From positions 210,001 through 242,000 of the forward strand of contig NZ_CP026606.1 in NCBI RefSeq assembly GCF_002945325.1: a stretch of 32,000 nucleotides of DNA, read 5' to 3'. The position numbers were made by a program, and so were the translations under genes. The notes beneath the pieces are model-generated. The model was not told the origin of the DNA. It saw nothing but the letters and a program-made list of their open reading frames with translations, and made no database searches. Positions 1 to 7,539 of the stretch are shown in pieces. How positions within the stretch are numbered: position 1 is the stretch's first letter; every line of letters begins with the position of its first letter. This DNA is from Methanococcus maripaludis (GTDB taxonomy: Archaea; AGJL01; Methanococci; Methanococcales; Methanococcaceae).

Positions 1-127
1 AACTGGTCTGTAAAACACTGCAATTTTTGTTACTTGTGTGAACATTGACAGCTTTGACTTCTGATTTATGATAATCCTTTTCAAAATGTTCAACAGGCTT
101 TAAACAATACGGACAGATTTTAATCAA
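1..127 (-). CDS. partial hypothetical protein (first 42 aa, contains CxxC), continues beyond window start
   Basis: Not in the ORF track. Minus-strand TTG at 127-125, preceded by GAGGTG (138-133), reads MIKICPYCLKPVEHFEKDYHKSEVKAVNVHTSNKNCSVLQTS with no stop before position 1. Confidence 0.3.
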   Translation of the reverse strand, partial: MIKICPYCLKPVEHFEKDYHKSEVKAVNVHTSNKNCSVLQTS

Positions 128-562
128 AATAACACCTCAAAAAGAGGGGGAAATAGGAGTATTTAAAAAAAATCGATAGAGTTATCACGGGGGCGTATCT
201 TATTTTTCAACGATTGATAAATCTCAAAATAAGAATTAAAAAAATTTACTCTACCTGATTAAATAAAAGAGCTTATATTATTTATAATTTATTGAAATAA
301 CTATTTAAATTCGTTTTTGAAAGAATTGAAAGCTAAATTGTTTAAAAAAATATGCTGTATGAACCGGACTAAAAAACCGATGAAAACGCACAACCGGATT
401 ATTGAGTATATAAATAAAAAACGGAGTTACTGTTAACAATGCAAAATACCGGTTGCGGTATACTGTTAAATTTCAAGTCCAATAGCCTTAAAATTGAGCT
501 ATGAGAAAAAGAGCTATACTTTACCAATTGGTCTTTTGAGATATGCTTTAAAATCGTTTTAA

Positions 563-624
563 AAAGAAAGCGCAGAGGGAGGGATTTGAACCCCCGCTCC
601 CCAGTGGAGAACCGGATTTCAAGT
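563..624 (-). repeat. attL: displaced copy of the tRNA-Ser 3' portion (anticodon loop to 3' end plus 8 nt downstream)
   Basis: aaagaaagcgcagagggagggatttgaacccccgctccccagtggagaaccggatttcaagt aligns to 18493-18554 with 6 mismatches. Similarity stops exactly at the anticodon-stem/loop junction. Confidence 0.9.
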
Positions 625-787
625 AATACGGTCAAAAAACGAGAAAACGCAGACGTTACATCGTAATTTAACGATTTTTCTGAAAAGAAGGATTTTCCTT
701 CGAGAAAGATGGTGAAAAGTAGTGAAGTGAAAACCGGATTTTATCCGGTGTTCAAAAACATAGTCCGGTATCCAATATCGCAAAATT

Positions 788-1474
788 TTAAAATTTTTTC
801 CCATTACTTTCCAATTTAACCATATGATCATATAGTTTTTTTGGAAGTATTGTAATTACTGACTTCGATAACCTTATTTCAACTTCATCTTCCGGTAAAA
901 CCAACAATCGTTTAAAAAATGACGATAAATTAATTTGTTTTGATTTTCCTACTTTTTTTACCGATTTATTTTTTAACATCGAGTCGGGTGTATCATCTGG
1001 GAGTTTCACGATTTGAAATCCACAGGGAAATTTACTTTCTTCATTTAAAAAAAATGGTTTTATCCACACGAAATCTCCTTCATCAATTCCAACCTTATCC
1101 AATAATGAGGAAGTAGAAAAATCAAGTGAATAACCTAACTTTTTGGAAATGATGTTTTCTTCATCCTTACTAATGGAAATTTCGCATAATTTATCTTTAA
1201 AATCAATAACCAAGTAATCCCCTTCAACCGCCCCCATATATTCCAACAATGCAGTCATGCTAATATCAAGACTTTTACCCATATTCACTTTTTTAGTAAA
1301 TGAAGGTCTTGATAAATAATAACCCCTTCCTTCTTCATCTGTTTTAAAAATATGAAATTTTCCATCATGATTTTCGGTAATCATTACTAAATCTCCTTCA
1401 TTTATGTTTAAATAATTCATTACCGACTTCATCGATGGATTAAGGGATTTTCCGAGTTTTACTGTTTTTATCAT
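788..1474 (-). CDS. transcription regulator with four tandem AbrB/SpoVT-like (swapped-hairpin) repeats
   Basis: The 228-aa ORF contains four copies of the pattern (K)hGKSLxxSxxxxhxxhxhxEGDxVxI: VKLGKSLNPSMKSVMNYLNINEGDLVMI, VNMGKSLDISMTALLEYMGAVEGDYLVI, KKLGYSLDFSTSSLLDKVGIDEGDFVWI, KKVGKSKQINLSSFFKRLLVLPEDEVEI. It is the only minus-strand gene in the element and is divergent from the integrase. There is no SD, and a TATA-like tttatata lies about 30 nt upstream of the ATG, so the transcript may be leaderless. Confidence 0.6.
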   Translation of the reverse strand: MIKTVKLGKSLNPSMKSVMNYLNINEGDLVMITENHDGKFHIFKTDEEGRGYYLSRPSFTKKVNMGKSLDISMTALLEYMGAVEGDYLVIDFKDKLCEISISKDEENIISKKLGYSLDFSTSSLLDKVGIDEGDFVWIKPFFLNEESKFPCGFQIVKLPDDTPDSMLKNKSVKKVGKSKQINLSSFFKRLLVLPEDEVEIRLSKSVITILPKKLYDHMVKLESNGKKF

Positions 1475-1604
1475 AATTTTATCTTTTTTTTTAATTAATA
1501 TATAAATATAATTGATTTTGATTAGATTACACGAAAAACTTATATATAATTATGACTATGATTAATTTACACGAAATTAGAAAAAACAATTGGAGTTGAT
1601 TATT
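1475..1604. promoter_or_regulatory. divergent promoter/operator region between regulator and integrase
   Basis: TATA-like tracts are present in both orientations (1498-1512, 1539-1551). The direct repeat GATTA(GA/AT)TTACACGAAA occurs at 1520-1537 and 1560-1577, with the exact 10-mer TTACACGAAA spaced 40 bp apart. Confidence 0.5.
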
Positions 1605-2603
1605 ATGGACGATTTTGATCTCGATGAACTGAACAACTTAAAGGACTCGAAAAAATTAAAAAAAGTAAACAATGAAGAAGATTTTAAAAAACAAATGGAT
1701 TTTTATAAAAATGAACGGATAAGAATGGGTATTAAGGAATATACAATCAAACAAGACTGTTACCGAGTTAATTTTTTCTTCAAATGGTTAAAAGAAATGG
1801 GTTTTACTCAAAATAACCTTAACATAACGACTTTTGAATTATTTTTCGATTATATGAGGAAGAAAAGAAAAATCTCAAACAATACACAAAATAAAATCAT
1901 GATTTCCTTAAAAAAATATTTCGAAATAATTAACAATCCTTGTATGGACGAGTTTTTGAAAAAATATGAGAGGTCATTTTACAAAGCTGTTGAGAAAAAA
2001 GAAACCGATTTCATCGAACCAAGCGATGTGAAAATCATGTGTGATTATTTTGAAGAGAAAAAAGAAAAATCAGCTTTTCGATGCTTAGTTTTTCTAAGGG
2101 TGCTTTTTGAAACAGCTGGAAGATTTGGAGAAGTGTTGAAAATTAGAATTAGGGATATAGACTTTGAAAAAGGGATTATTCTCTTAAGAGAAACAAAAAC
2201 GAGCATTCCAAGAAAAGTAGCAGTGTCAAAAGAAGCTAAAGATGGGGAGATTGACACATTAACATATTTAAAATTCTTTTCAAAGGGAAAAAGCGGTGAT
2301 GATTGCCTTTTTCCTTCGGAAGATGATGTTAAAAAACCAATGTCAAAAAACGCTTTCTATCGGCATTATGTGAAGGCGGTTCGATACTTGAAAGATCAAA
2401 ACCCAAAATTGAAAAATAAACACATCACGGTACACACATTACGACACTCCAGAATTGTTGATCTTCTAAGACAGAAACACGAGATAGTTCTCGTGAAAGA
2501 ATACGCCGGACACGAGAACATTGAAACAACTATGATTTATGCTCACGCCTTACAGCGTATGAACGAAACTCTACCCATGTTTCAAGAAAATATCTACAAA
2601 TAA
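1605..2603 (+). CDS. tyrosine recombinase / integrase (intact, not split by integration)
   Basis: The ORF track starts at TTG 1590. ATG 1605 with GGAG upstream is preferred. Catalytic signature visible: ETAGRFGEV (Arg I), HTLRHSRI (H-x-x-R box II), ETTMIYAH (Tyr nucleophile). Confidence 0.9.
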   Translation: MDDFDLDELNNLKDSKKLKKVNNEEDFKKQMDFYKNERIRMGIKEYTIKQDCYRVNFFFKWLKEMGFTQNNLNITTFELFFDYMRKKRKISNNTQNKIMISLKKYFEIINNPCMDEFLKKYERSFYKAVEKKETDFIEPSDVKIMCDYFEEKKEKSAFRCLVFLRVLFETAGRFGEVLKIRIRDIDFEKGIILLRETKTSIPRKVAVSKEAKDGEIDTLTYLKFFSKGKSGDDCLFPSEDDVKKPMSKNAFYRHYVKAVRYLKDQNPKLKNKHITVHTLRHSRIVDLLRQKHEIVLVKEYAGHENIETTMIYAHALQRMNETLPMFQENIYK

Positions 2604-2650
2604 TCATTTTTTTCTTACTTTTTTTACGTACTTTTTTTATTCATTTTTTA
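2604..2650 (+). terminator. oligo-T tracts downstream of integrase (archaeal-type terminator candidate)
   Basis: Several T6-T7 runs follow the stop codon directly: tcatttttttcttactttttttacgtactttttttattcatttttt. Confidence 0.35.
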
Positions 2651-2822
2651 AAAATCATATAGCAAAGTATATATATCATTATTCGTATAAACCGCTCTCC
2701 GTACTCCAAATCATATATATAATTATAATTAGTCTTCTTTACGGGAGAAAAGTATTTATATGAGTTTTTACAATATAAAAGTGTGAAAAGAAGTGCATGG
2801 AATTGCACAGGTGTATAATTTA

Positions 2823-3035
2823 ATGAACGAAGTTTTTAAAAATAACGAATTATATTCGTCAAAAGAAGTGTGTGAAACATTAAAAATTAGTATAAGAACC
2901 TTACGAAATTGGACTAAATTCGGAAAAATTGAATATCTTGAATTTAATGGAATTCATCGATTTCTTGGAAAAAATTTGAATGAAATTGCTGTAAAAAGAA
3001 ACTGTTTTATCAAAAACGGTGAGGTAGATGATTAA
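2823..3035 (+). CDS. excisionase/MerR-like helix-turn-helix DNA-binding protein
   Basis: The track starts at GTG 2793. ATG 2823 follows AGGTG. YSSKEVCETLKISIRTLRNWTKFGKIEYLEFNGIHRFLGKNL fits the Xis-type HTH pattern (L-x-x-x-E-x-x-x-x-L-x-h-S-x-x-T-h-x-x-W ... G-x-x-x-h). Its stop overlaps the start of the replication gene. Confidence 0.6.
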   Translation: MNEVFKNNELYSSKEVCETLKISIRTLRNWTKFGKIEYLEFNGIHRFLGKNLNEIAVKRNCFIKNGEVDD

Positions 3036-5544
3036 TGTACAATCAGAAACCTCAAAAATGGAAAATAAAAACAGTAATATATTTACATATACTAATATAA
3101 ATAATTTACGGTTAAATTTCCTAAAAAAACTTTTTCAAAAGCAGTTTGAAGAAATTGATGGAGAAAAATACTTCGAAATTCGTTTGTTGAATCAAAATGG
3201 AAAACCAAAGTTTTTCAAAGTTGAAAATTTAGAAGATTTTGAAAATATTGATTTTGAAGAATTTAAAAAAGAAAATGAAAGTTACAATATTTATTTTTCT
3301 CAAAATTTGAGAAAAAAAGAAAGTGGAAAGGCTGAAAATACCTATGACTGTTACTCGTATGTGGTTTTGGACTTCGATTTCAATTTAAAGGAAAAAAATA
3401 ATAATAAAGCTTTAGAATTTTGTAAAAATAAATACAAATCGATAAAAAAAGAATTGGGAATGGTTCCTTCGTTTTCTGTATTCACTGGACACGGACTTCA
3501 TTTATATTTTACTTTAGAAAAAAATACAAATTTTGAAAATATTAAAAAAATAAAAAATATTGTTGAAAATTTAAAAAATCCAAATTTAAAAGGAATTGAT
3601 AGTAAGGTGTATTCTCCAAGTCAGATATTGAGATTACCGTACTTTAATAACATTAAAAATCCAAAAGAAGTTAAAAAATCGATAATTTTAGAAGAAAATG
3701 ATATTGAATATGATTTTGAAGAATTAAAAGAAAATTTGGAAAAATTAACTCCAAAAACTTCTAAAAAAGAATTTAAAACTATTGAAACACAAGAAAAAGA
3801 AATTAAAAGAGATATTTTCTTTGAAACTTTTCTAAAAAATGAAGAATTAAAAAAAGAAATTGCAGAAAAAGACGGAATTCAAAAGAATGATATTTTATTT
3901 AAAAACTTGGCGTTTTATGTTAAGAATTTTCTTGATTTAGAAGAACTTGCTTATGAATTCGTTGAAGAATGTGGACATTCAACAAAAGAATTTGAGGGAT
4001 GGCTCAGAAAAGACTCAAAAGAAGTAAATTATAGAGAAATTAGAAATTGGGTTGATTATCACCACATTAGTGAATTGAAAAATCTAATAGAAAAACAATT
4101 GAAAGATAAATGTGAATTTTTTGATAATTATAGTATTGCTTATGTTTACGGTCGAAAAAATGATTTCAGATACTTAGTTTTTGATGAAAAAACTAAAACA
4201 GGGGCATCACATAAGAAAAACCAATTAGTTGATTTTTTCAAGGGCGAATCTACTAAATTGGGATATAAATTAGTTGATTTATTAAACATCCCCCAAATTA
4301 ATGAAGAAAATGATAAACCGTACACTAAATCGCAATTAAATAGAATGATCTTTGATAAACTTGAAGAAAAATTTGAAGATGAGAATTTCTTGACAAATGT
4401 CTATGATGAAGGCTATGAACCTTCCGATAAACGTTTTTTCGAGTATCTTGGAAACAAATACATTAATACTTACCGAGCAGGAAAATTTGAAAATTATTTT
4501 GAACCAAAAGAAAAATATAATTTTAAATATATTGAAAAATTATTAAGACATATTACTGGTGATGATGATGATTGTTATAAATATTTTAATAAATGGTTAT
4601 CATATATTTTAAAAAATCCTACTGATAAATTACCAACATCTTTGATTTTTAAAGGAACGCAAGGTATTGGGAAAGGTCGTTTAAGGGAATGGATTTTAAA
4701 TAATATTTTTGGAGAACAAAATATAGATCAGATTGAAGAAGATATGATAAATAATAAATGGGGCGATTACGTCAAAAATAATAGATTTGTGATCGTAAAT
4801 GAAATAAAAATCGATAAAAATGATAAAAAATCATCTAAAAAAATTAAAACTTATTCTACAGATAAAGATATCTCGATACAGCAGAAAAATAAACCTTTAG
4901 AGAAAATTAAAAATTATTCACATTGGATTTTCTTTTCAGATCAAGATAACCCCATGAATTTAGAAAAAAAAGATAGAAGACACACAGTTTTCAATCAAGA
5001 CGATAAGATACCATATGAAATTGTTGAAAAACTCTCACCAGAGCGAAATAAAGGATATTTGGAACAAGAATTGAAAGAATACGTTTCTTATTTGAGAACT
5101 TTGAATCCTACTCATATGGAAGTGTCTAATCCGATGATGACTAAAGCGAAAAAAGATCTATTTAAAGAAAATGAAAAAGAAATCTTTGAAGCAATTAATT
5201 ATGATATTTTCAATTTATGCGGAAAAACAATTGATTCCCTTGCTAATGCGTTAAAAAAACGAGAAAAAAATATAATAGAATATATCGTTGGAAAATTGAA
5301 TAATAATGGTTTATATTTAAGAGAAAAAAATTATAAAATTGAATTGTGGATCACAAAAGAAGGATTGGGAAAGTTGGATAACTTCACCAAATTGGAACAG
5401 ATTAATGAAAGAAATTCACTTTCAAAAATTGCGAAAAGACAAGATTATAAATATAGCACAATCCGTTCTAAGGATGATGTAATACCCTTTGAAAATCCAA
5501 AAAAAGCTATGGAAATTGAAATTTGGGATTTTCAGAATTCCTAA
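3028..5544 (+). CDS. replication protein: N-terminal primase-polymerase (AEP/PrimPol) fused to a D5/P4-type SF3 helicase
   Basis: AEP motifs: VVLDFDF (DxD), TGHGLHLYF (sxH), ILRLPYFNN. C-terminal region: IFKGTQGIGKGR (Walker A-like), RFVIVNEI (Walker B-like), KKDRRHTVF. SD GGTGAGGTAG lies directly upstream of ATG 3028. Confidence 0.8.
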   Translation: MINVQSETSKMENKNSNIFTYTNINNLRLNFLKKLFQKQFEEIDGEKYFEIRLLNQNGKPKFFKVENLEDFENIDFEEFKKENESYNIYFSQNLRKKESGKAENTYDCYSYVVLDFDFNLKEKNNNKALEFCKNKYKSIKKELGMVPSFSVFTGHGLHLYFTLEKNTNFENIKKIKNIVENLKNPNLKGIDSKVYSPSQILRLPYFNNIKNPKEVKKSIILEENDIEYDFEELKENLEKLTPKTSKKEFKTIETQEKEIKRDIFFETFLKNEELKKEIAEKDGIQKNDILFKNLAFYVKNFLDLEELAYEFVEECGHSTKEFEGWLRKDSKEVNYREIRNWVDYHHISELKNLIEKQLKDKCEFFDNYSIAYVYGRKNDFRYLVFDEKTKTGASHKKNQLVDFFKGESTKLGYKLVDLLNIPQINEENDKPYTKSQLNRMIFDKLEEKFEDENFLTNVYDEGYEPSDKRFFEYLGNKYINTYRAGKFENYFEPKEKYNFKYIEKLLRHITGDDDDCYKYFNKWLSYILKNPTDKLPTSLIFKGTQGIGKGRLREWILNNIFGEQNIDQIEEDMINNKWGDYVKNNRFVIVNEIKIDKNDKKSSKKIKTYSTDKDISIQQKNKPLEKIKNYSHWIFFSDQDNPMNLEKKDRRHTVFNQDDKIPYEIVEKLSPERNKGYLEQELKEYVSYLRTLNPTHMEVSNPMMTKAKKDLFKENEKEIFEAINYDIFNLCGKTIDSLANALKKREKNIIEYIVGKLNNNGLYLREKNYKIELWITKEGLGKLDNFTKLEQINERNSLSKIAKRQDYKYSTIRSKDDVIPFENPKKAMEIEIWDFQNS

Positions 5545-5580
5545 ATATACTTTTTTATTTTTTTTATATCGATTATTGAT

Positions 5581-6083
5581 TTGTAACCAGTTTTTTACGG
5601 GCTTAGAATGGTTATTTTCTAAAATGAAAGAATATCTTATCATTATTCTTTTTTCCAATATTTTGTAACCGGTTTGTAACCAGTTTTTGTTACATTTGTA
5701 ACCACTTTTTTGAGAACGTAGAGTGGTTATTTTTTAATTTAAAGACCATTTATTTATTTTAATTTTTTGTAACTAAAAATATATAATAAATTGATATTAA
5801 AAAAAATTAAATGTGAAAATACAAAATTGAATTATAAAATATATTTTTTAAAAAAAAAGTAATTTTCCCACTTTTTTGGTTACAAATTTTTTAAATCCCT
5901 AATCTTCCTTAGAATGGACTATACTCTTTAGAATGAACCCCTTTTTGTAACCATTTTTTGGTTACAAAATGGTTACAAAATGGTTACAAAAATTATAAAT
6001 TTTTTTAAATCCCTAATCTTCCTTAGAATGAACTTTACTCCTTAGAATGAACTCTTTTTTGTAACCATAATTTTGGTTACAAA
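5581..6083. repeat. iteron field (TTGTAACC / GGTTACAA) with two ~85-bp direct repeat units; candidate replication origin
   Basis: The 8-mer or a close variant occurs at 5581, 5663, 5674, 5697, 5767 (variant), 5878, 5945, 5960, 5971, 5982, 6059 and 6075. Repeat units at about 5885-5967 and 5998-6083 both read aatttttt(t)aaatccctaatcttccttagaatg...cttagaatgaac...tttttgtaacca...ttttggttacaaa. Confidence 0.75.
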
Positions 6084-6090
6084 TTTTAAT

Positions 6091-6239
6091 CGTGTCACGT
6101 TTTTATTTTTCTCCCCTTTCCCCCTCAAAATCAATAATTATAATAATATATAATAGTATTACAAAATTTAATTAAAAGAGTAAATATTAATATTATTAAT
6201 AACAATATTAATAATATAAAATCACGGATCCGTGTTTTT
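6091..6239. other. near-pure A/T tract (about 6128-6221) bracketed by two short GC hairpins, each followed by TTTTTATTTTTCT; candidate DNA-unwinding element
   Basis: cgtgtcacg+tttttatttttct at 6091-6112 and cacggatccgtg+tttttatttttct at 6223-6247. The sequence between them is almost entirely A/T (aatattaatattattaataacaatattaataatataaaat). Confidence 0.45.
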
Positions 6240-6287
6240 ATTTTTCTATAATTGTTCTTTCCACGAGAGGAAGAACAGGTGGTGGTA

Positions 6288-6590
6288 ATGTTAGGATTAG
6301 CAAGTAAGTTTGCAGAAAAAATGCTTTCAAATAAAGGACAATCCGTTCAAGTGACGGTTATTGAGGTTCTTGTTATTATTGTTACACTTTATGTTGCAAT
6401 GATTGTTTTAGGTTCATTAGAACCAGTTATGGATTCGGCAATTAATGATTCCAGCAACCTTGCAGGAGCGAAAGATTCCTTGACCACAAACACAGGTTCA
6501 GCATTTACAATTGGTGCAATCATACCTTTAATTGTGTTTGCGATGGCAGTTATCGGAGTTATTGCTAATGTATTCGGCGGACAGGAGTAA
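6288..6590 (+). CDS. small protein with two hydrophobic helices and a polar S/T/N linker; candidate spindle-virus-type (SSV1 VP1-like architecture) major capsid/membrane protein
   Basis: The track starts at TTG 6252. ATG 6288 follows GGTGGTGGTA. Sequence: MLGLASKFAEKMLSNKGQSVQ-VTVIEVLVIIVTLYVAMIVLGSLEPVMDSAI-NDSSNLAGAKDSLTTNTGSAF-TIGAIIPLIVFAMAVIGVIANVF-GGQE. It is the first gene of the membrane-protein block. Confidence 0.55.
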   Translation: MLGLASKFAEKMLSNKGQSVQVTVIEVLVIIVTLYVAMIVLGSLEPVMDSAINDSSNLAGAKDSLTTNTGSAFTIGAIIPLIVFAMAVIGVIANVFGGQE

Positions 6591-7013
6591 TTTACAATTG
6601 GGGAGTGATGTTTTCCCCCCAAATGAACCGTAAAATTTAAACAATTTTTGTATTCATTCACTTTTCACCTTATTTTTATAAAAAAAGGATAAAAAATTGA
6701 AAAAAATGATATAAAGAAATATTAATTTTTTTCAATTTTCCTTTAAATTTTAAAAAAATTTACAAATTGGGGATGATTGTTTTCTCCCTTTGACAAAAAT
6801 AATATTATTAATACATTTCCAAATATTAGGACGAGAAGAAGTAATTTTCTATTTAATAGAAAATTATGTTTTTCTTTAAAAAAAGAAACTTTTTTATGAA
6901 TAATTTTAAATTTTAAAGATCGCTATGATCTGCGTTCCCATTTTCAAGATCGTTTAATATATATAGTCCTTTAGACACATTTTTTATTATAAATTAAAAA
7001 GGGGGCGAGGATT

Positions 7014-7340
7014 ATGAAGTGTTTTCCGATACCAGATGGAAAAATAAAAGCATTTCCGATAAAAACTTCTGAAAAGTCAAAAAAACCACAAAATAATGTT
7101 CAACAACCACAAGAACGAGTTATTGAACGAGTTATTGTTCCTGAAAGGATTATTGAACGACCAGTTGAAAGGATTGTTGAGGTTCCAGTTGAGAGGGTGG
7201 TTGAAAAACCAATATATCAGAACCGACAAAATCCAATGTCAAACGCGGTAAAAACAATTGGTTTGGTGATAGTTTCCACATATATCGTTTTATCCTTATT
7301 GGGTTTGGATTTGCCAACGTTAATTTCATTTTTTAGATAA
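7014..7340 (+). CDS. tail-anchored membrane protein with tandem (P)VER(I/V)(I/V)E repeats
   Basis: SD GGGGGCGAGG lies before ATG 7014. The central run ERVIERVIVPERIIERPVERIVEVPVERVVEKP is encoded at about 7113-7209. The C-terminal TM segment is AVKTIGLVIVSTYIVLSLLGLDLPTLISFF. Confidence 0.65.
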   Translation: MKCFPIPDGKIKAFPIKTSEKSKKPQNNVQQPQERVIERVIVPERIIERPVERIVEVPVERVVEKPIYQNRQNPMSNAVKTIGLVIVSTYIVLSLLGLDLPTLISFFR

Positions 7341-7539
7341 TAAATTTTATTTTTTTTTAGAAAAATATATTTATTAATTTAAATTTATAAAATAATACCA
7401 TTCTTTTTTCAATTTATATATATAAGATTATTTATTCATACATATATTAATAATAGTAATACTTATATATTATTAAGACTATATATATTTTCATTGATTT
7501 TTATGGAAAAAATGTTTTAATAAAAATGGTGAGGTGGAA

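Noticed and set aside
470-480. ATTTCAAGTCC matches the tRNA anticodon-loop/stem sequence (18545-18555) and extends 2 nt beyond the attL breakpoint. It could be a second, older att remnant.
   Set aside because: Only 11 nt match and the flanking sequence does not align to the tRNA. That is too short to call. It is kept only as weak support for the tandem-element idea.
399-831. ORF-track ORFs 399..635(-) and 619..831(-).
   Set aside because: They run through the attL tRNA fragment and the CCGG-motif arm region. They lack SD sequences and have odd composition, and one overlaps the 3' end of the AbrB-like gene. They are most likely non-coding.
1590-2603. Whether the integrase is of the SSV type, which is split by integration because attP lies inside the gene.
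   Set aside because: The gene is intact, with all catalytic boxes in one frame. The att repeats lie about 1 kb away, outside the coding sequence.
5960-5990. Three head-to-tail GGTTACAAAAT units that look superficially like a short repeat array (CRISPR-like).
   Set aside because: The period is 11 bp with no spacers, there are only three units, and they are embedded in a larger field of the same 8-mer in both orientations. This fits iterons, not CRISPR.
6601-6800. Tiny ORFs starting inside the two 30-nt repeats (MFSPQMNRKI and MIVFSL).
   Set aside because: At 6-10 codons with no conservation between the two copies at the peptide level, the repeat is more likely to act at the DNA or RNA level.
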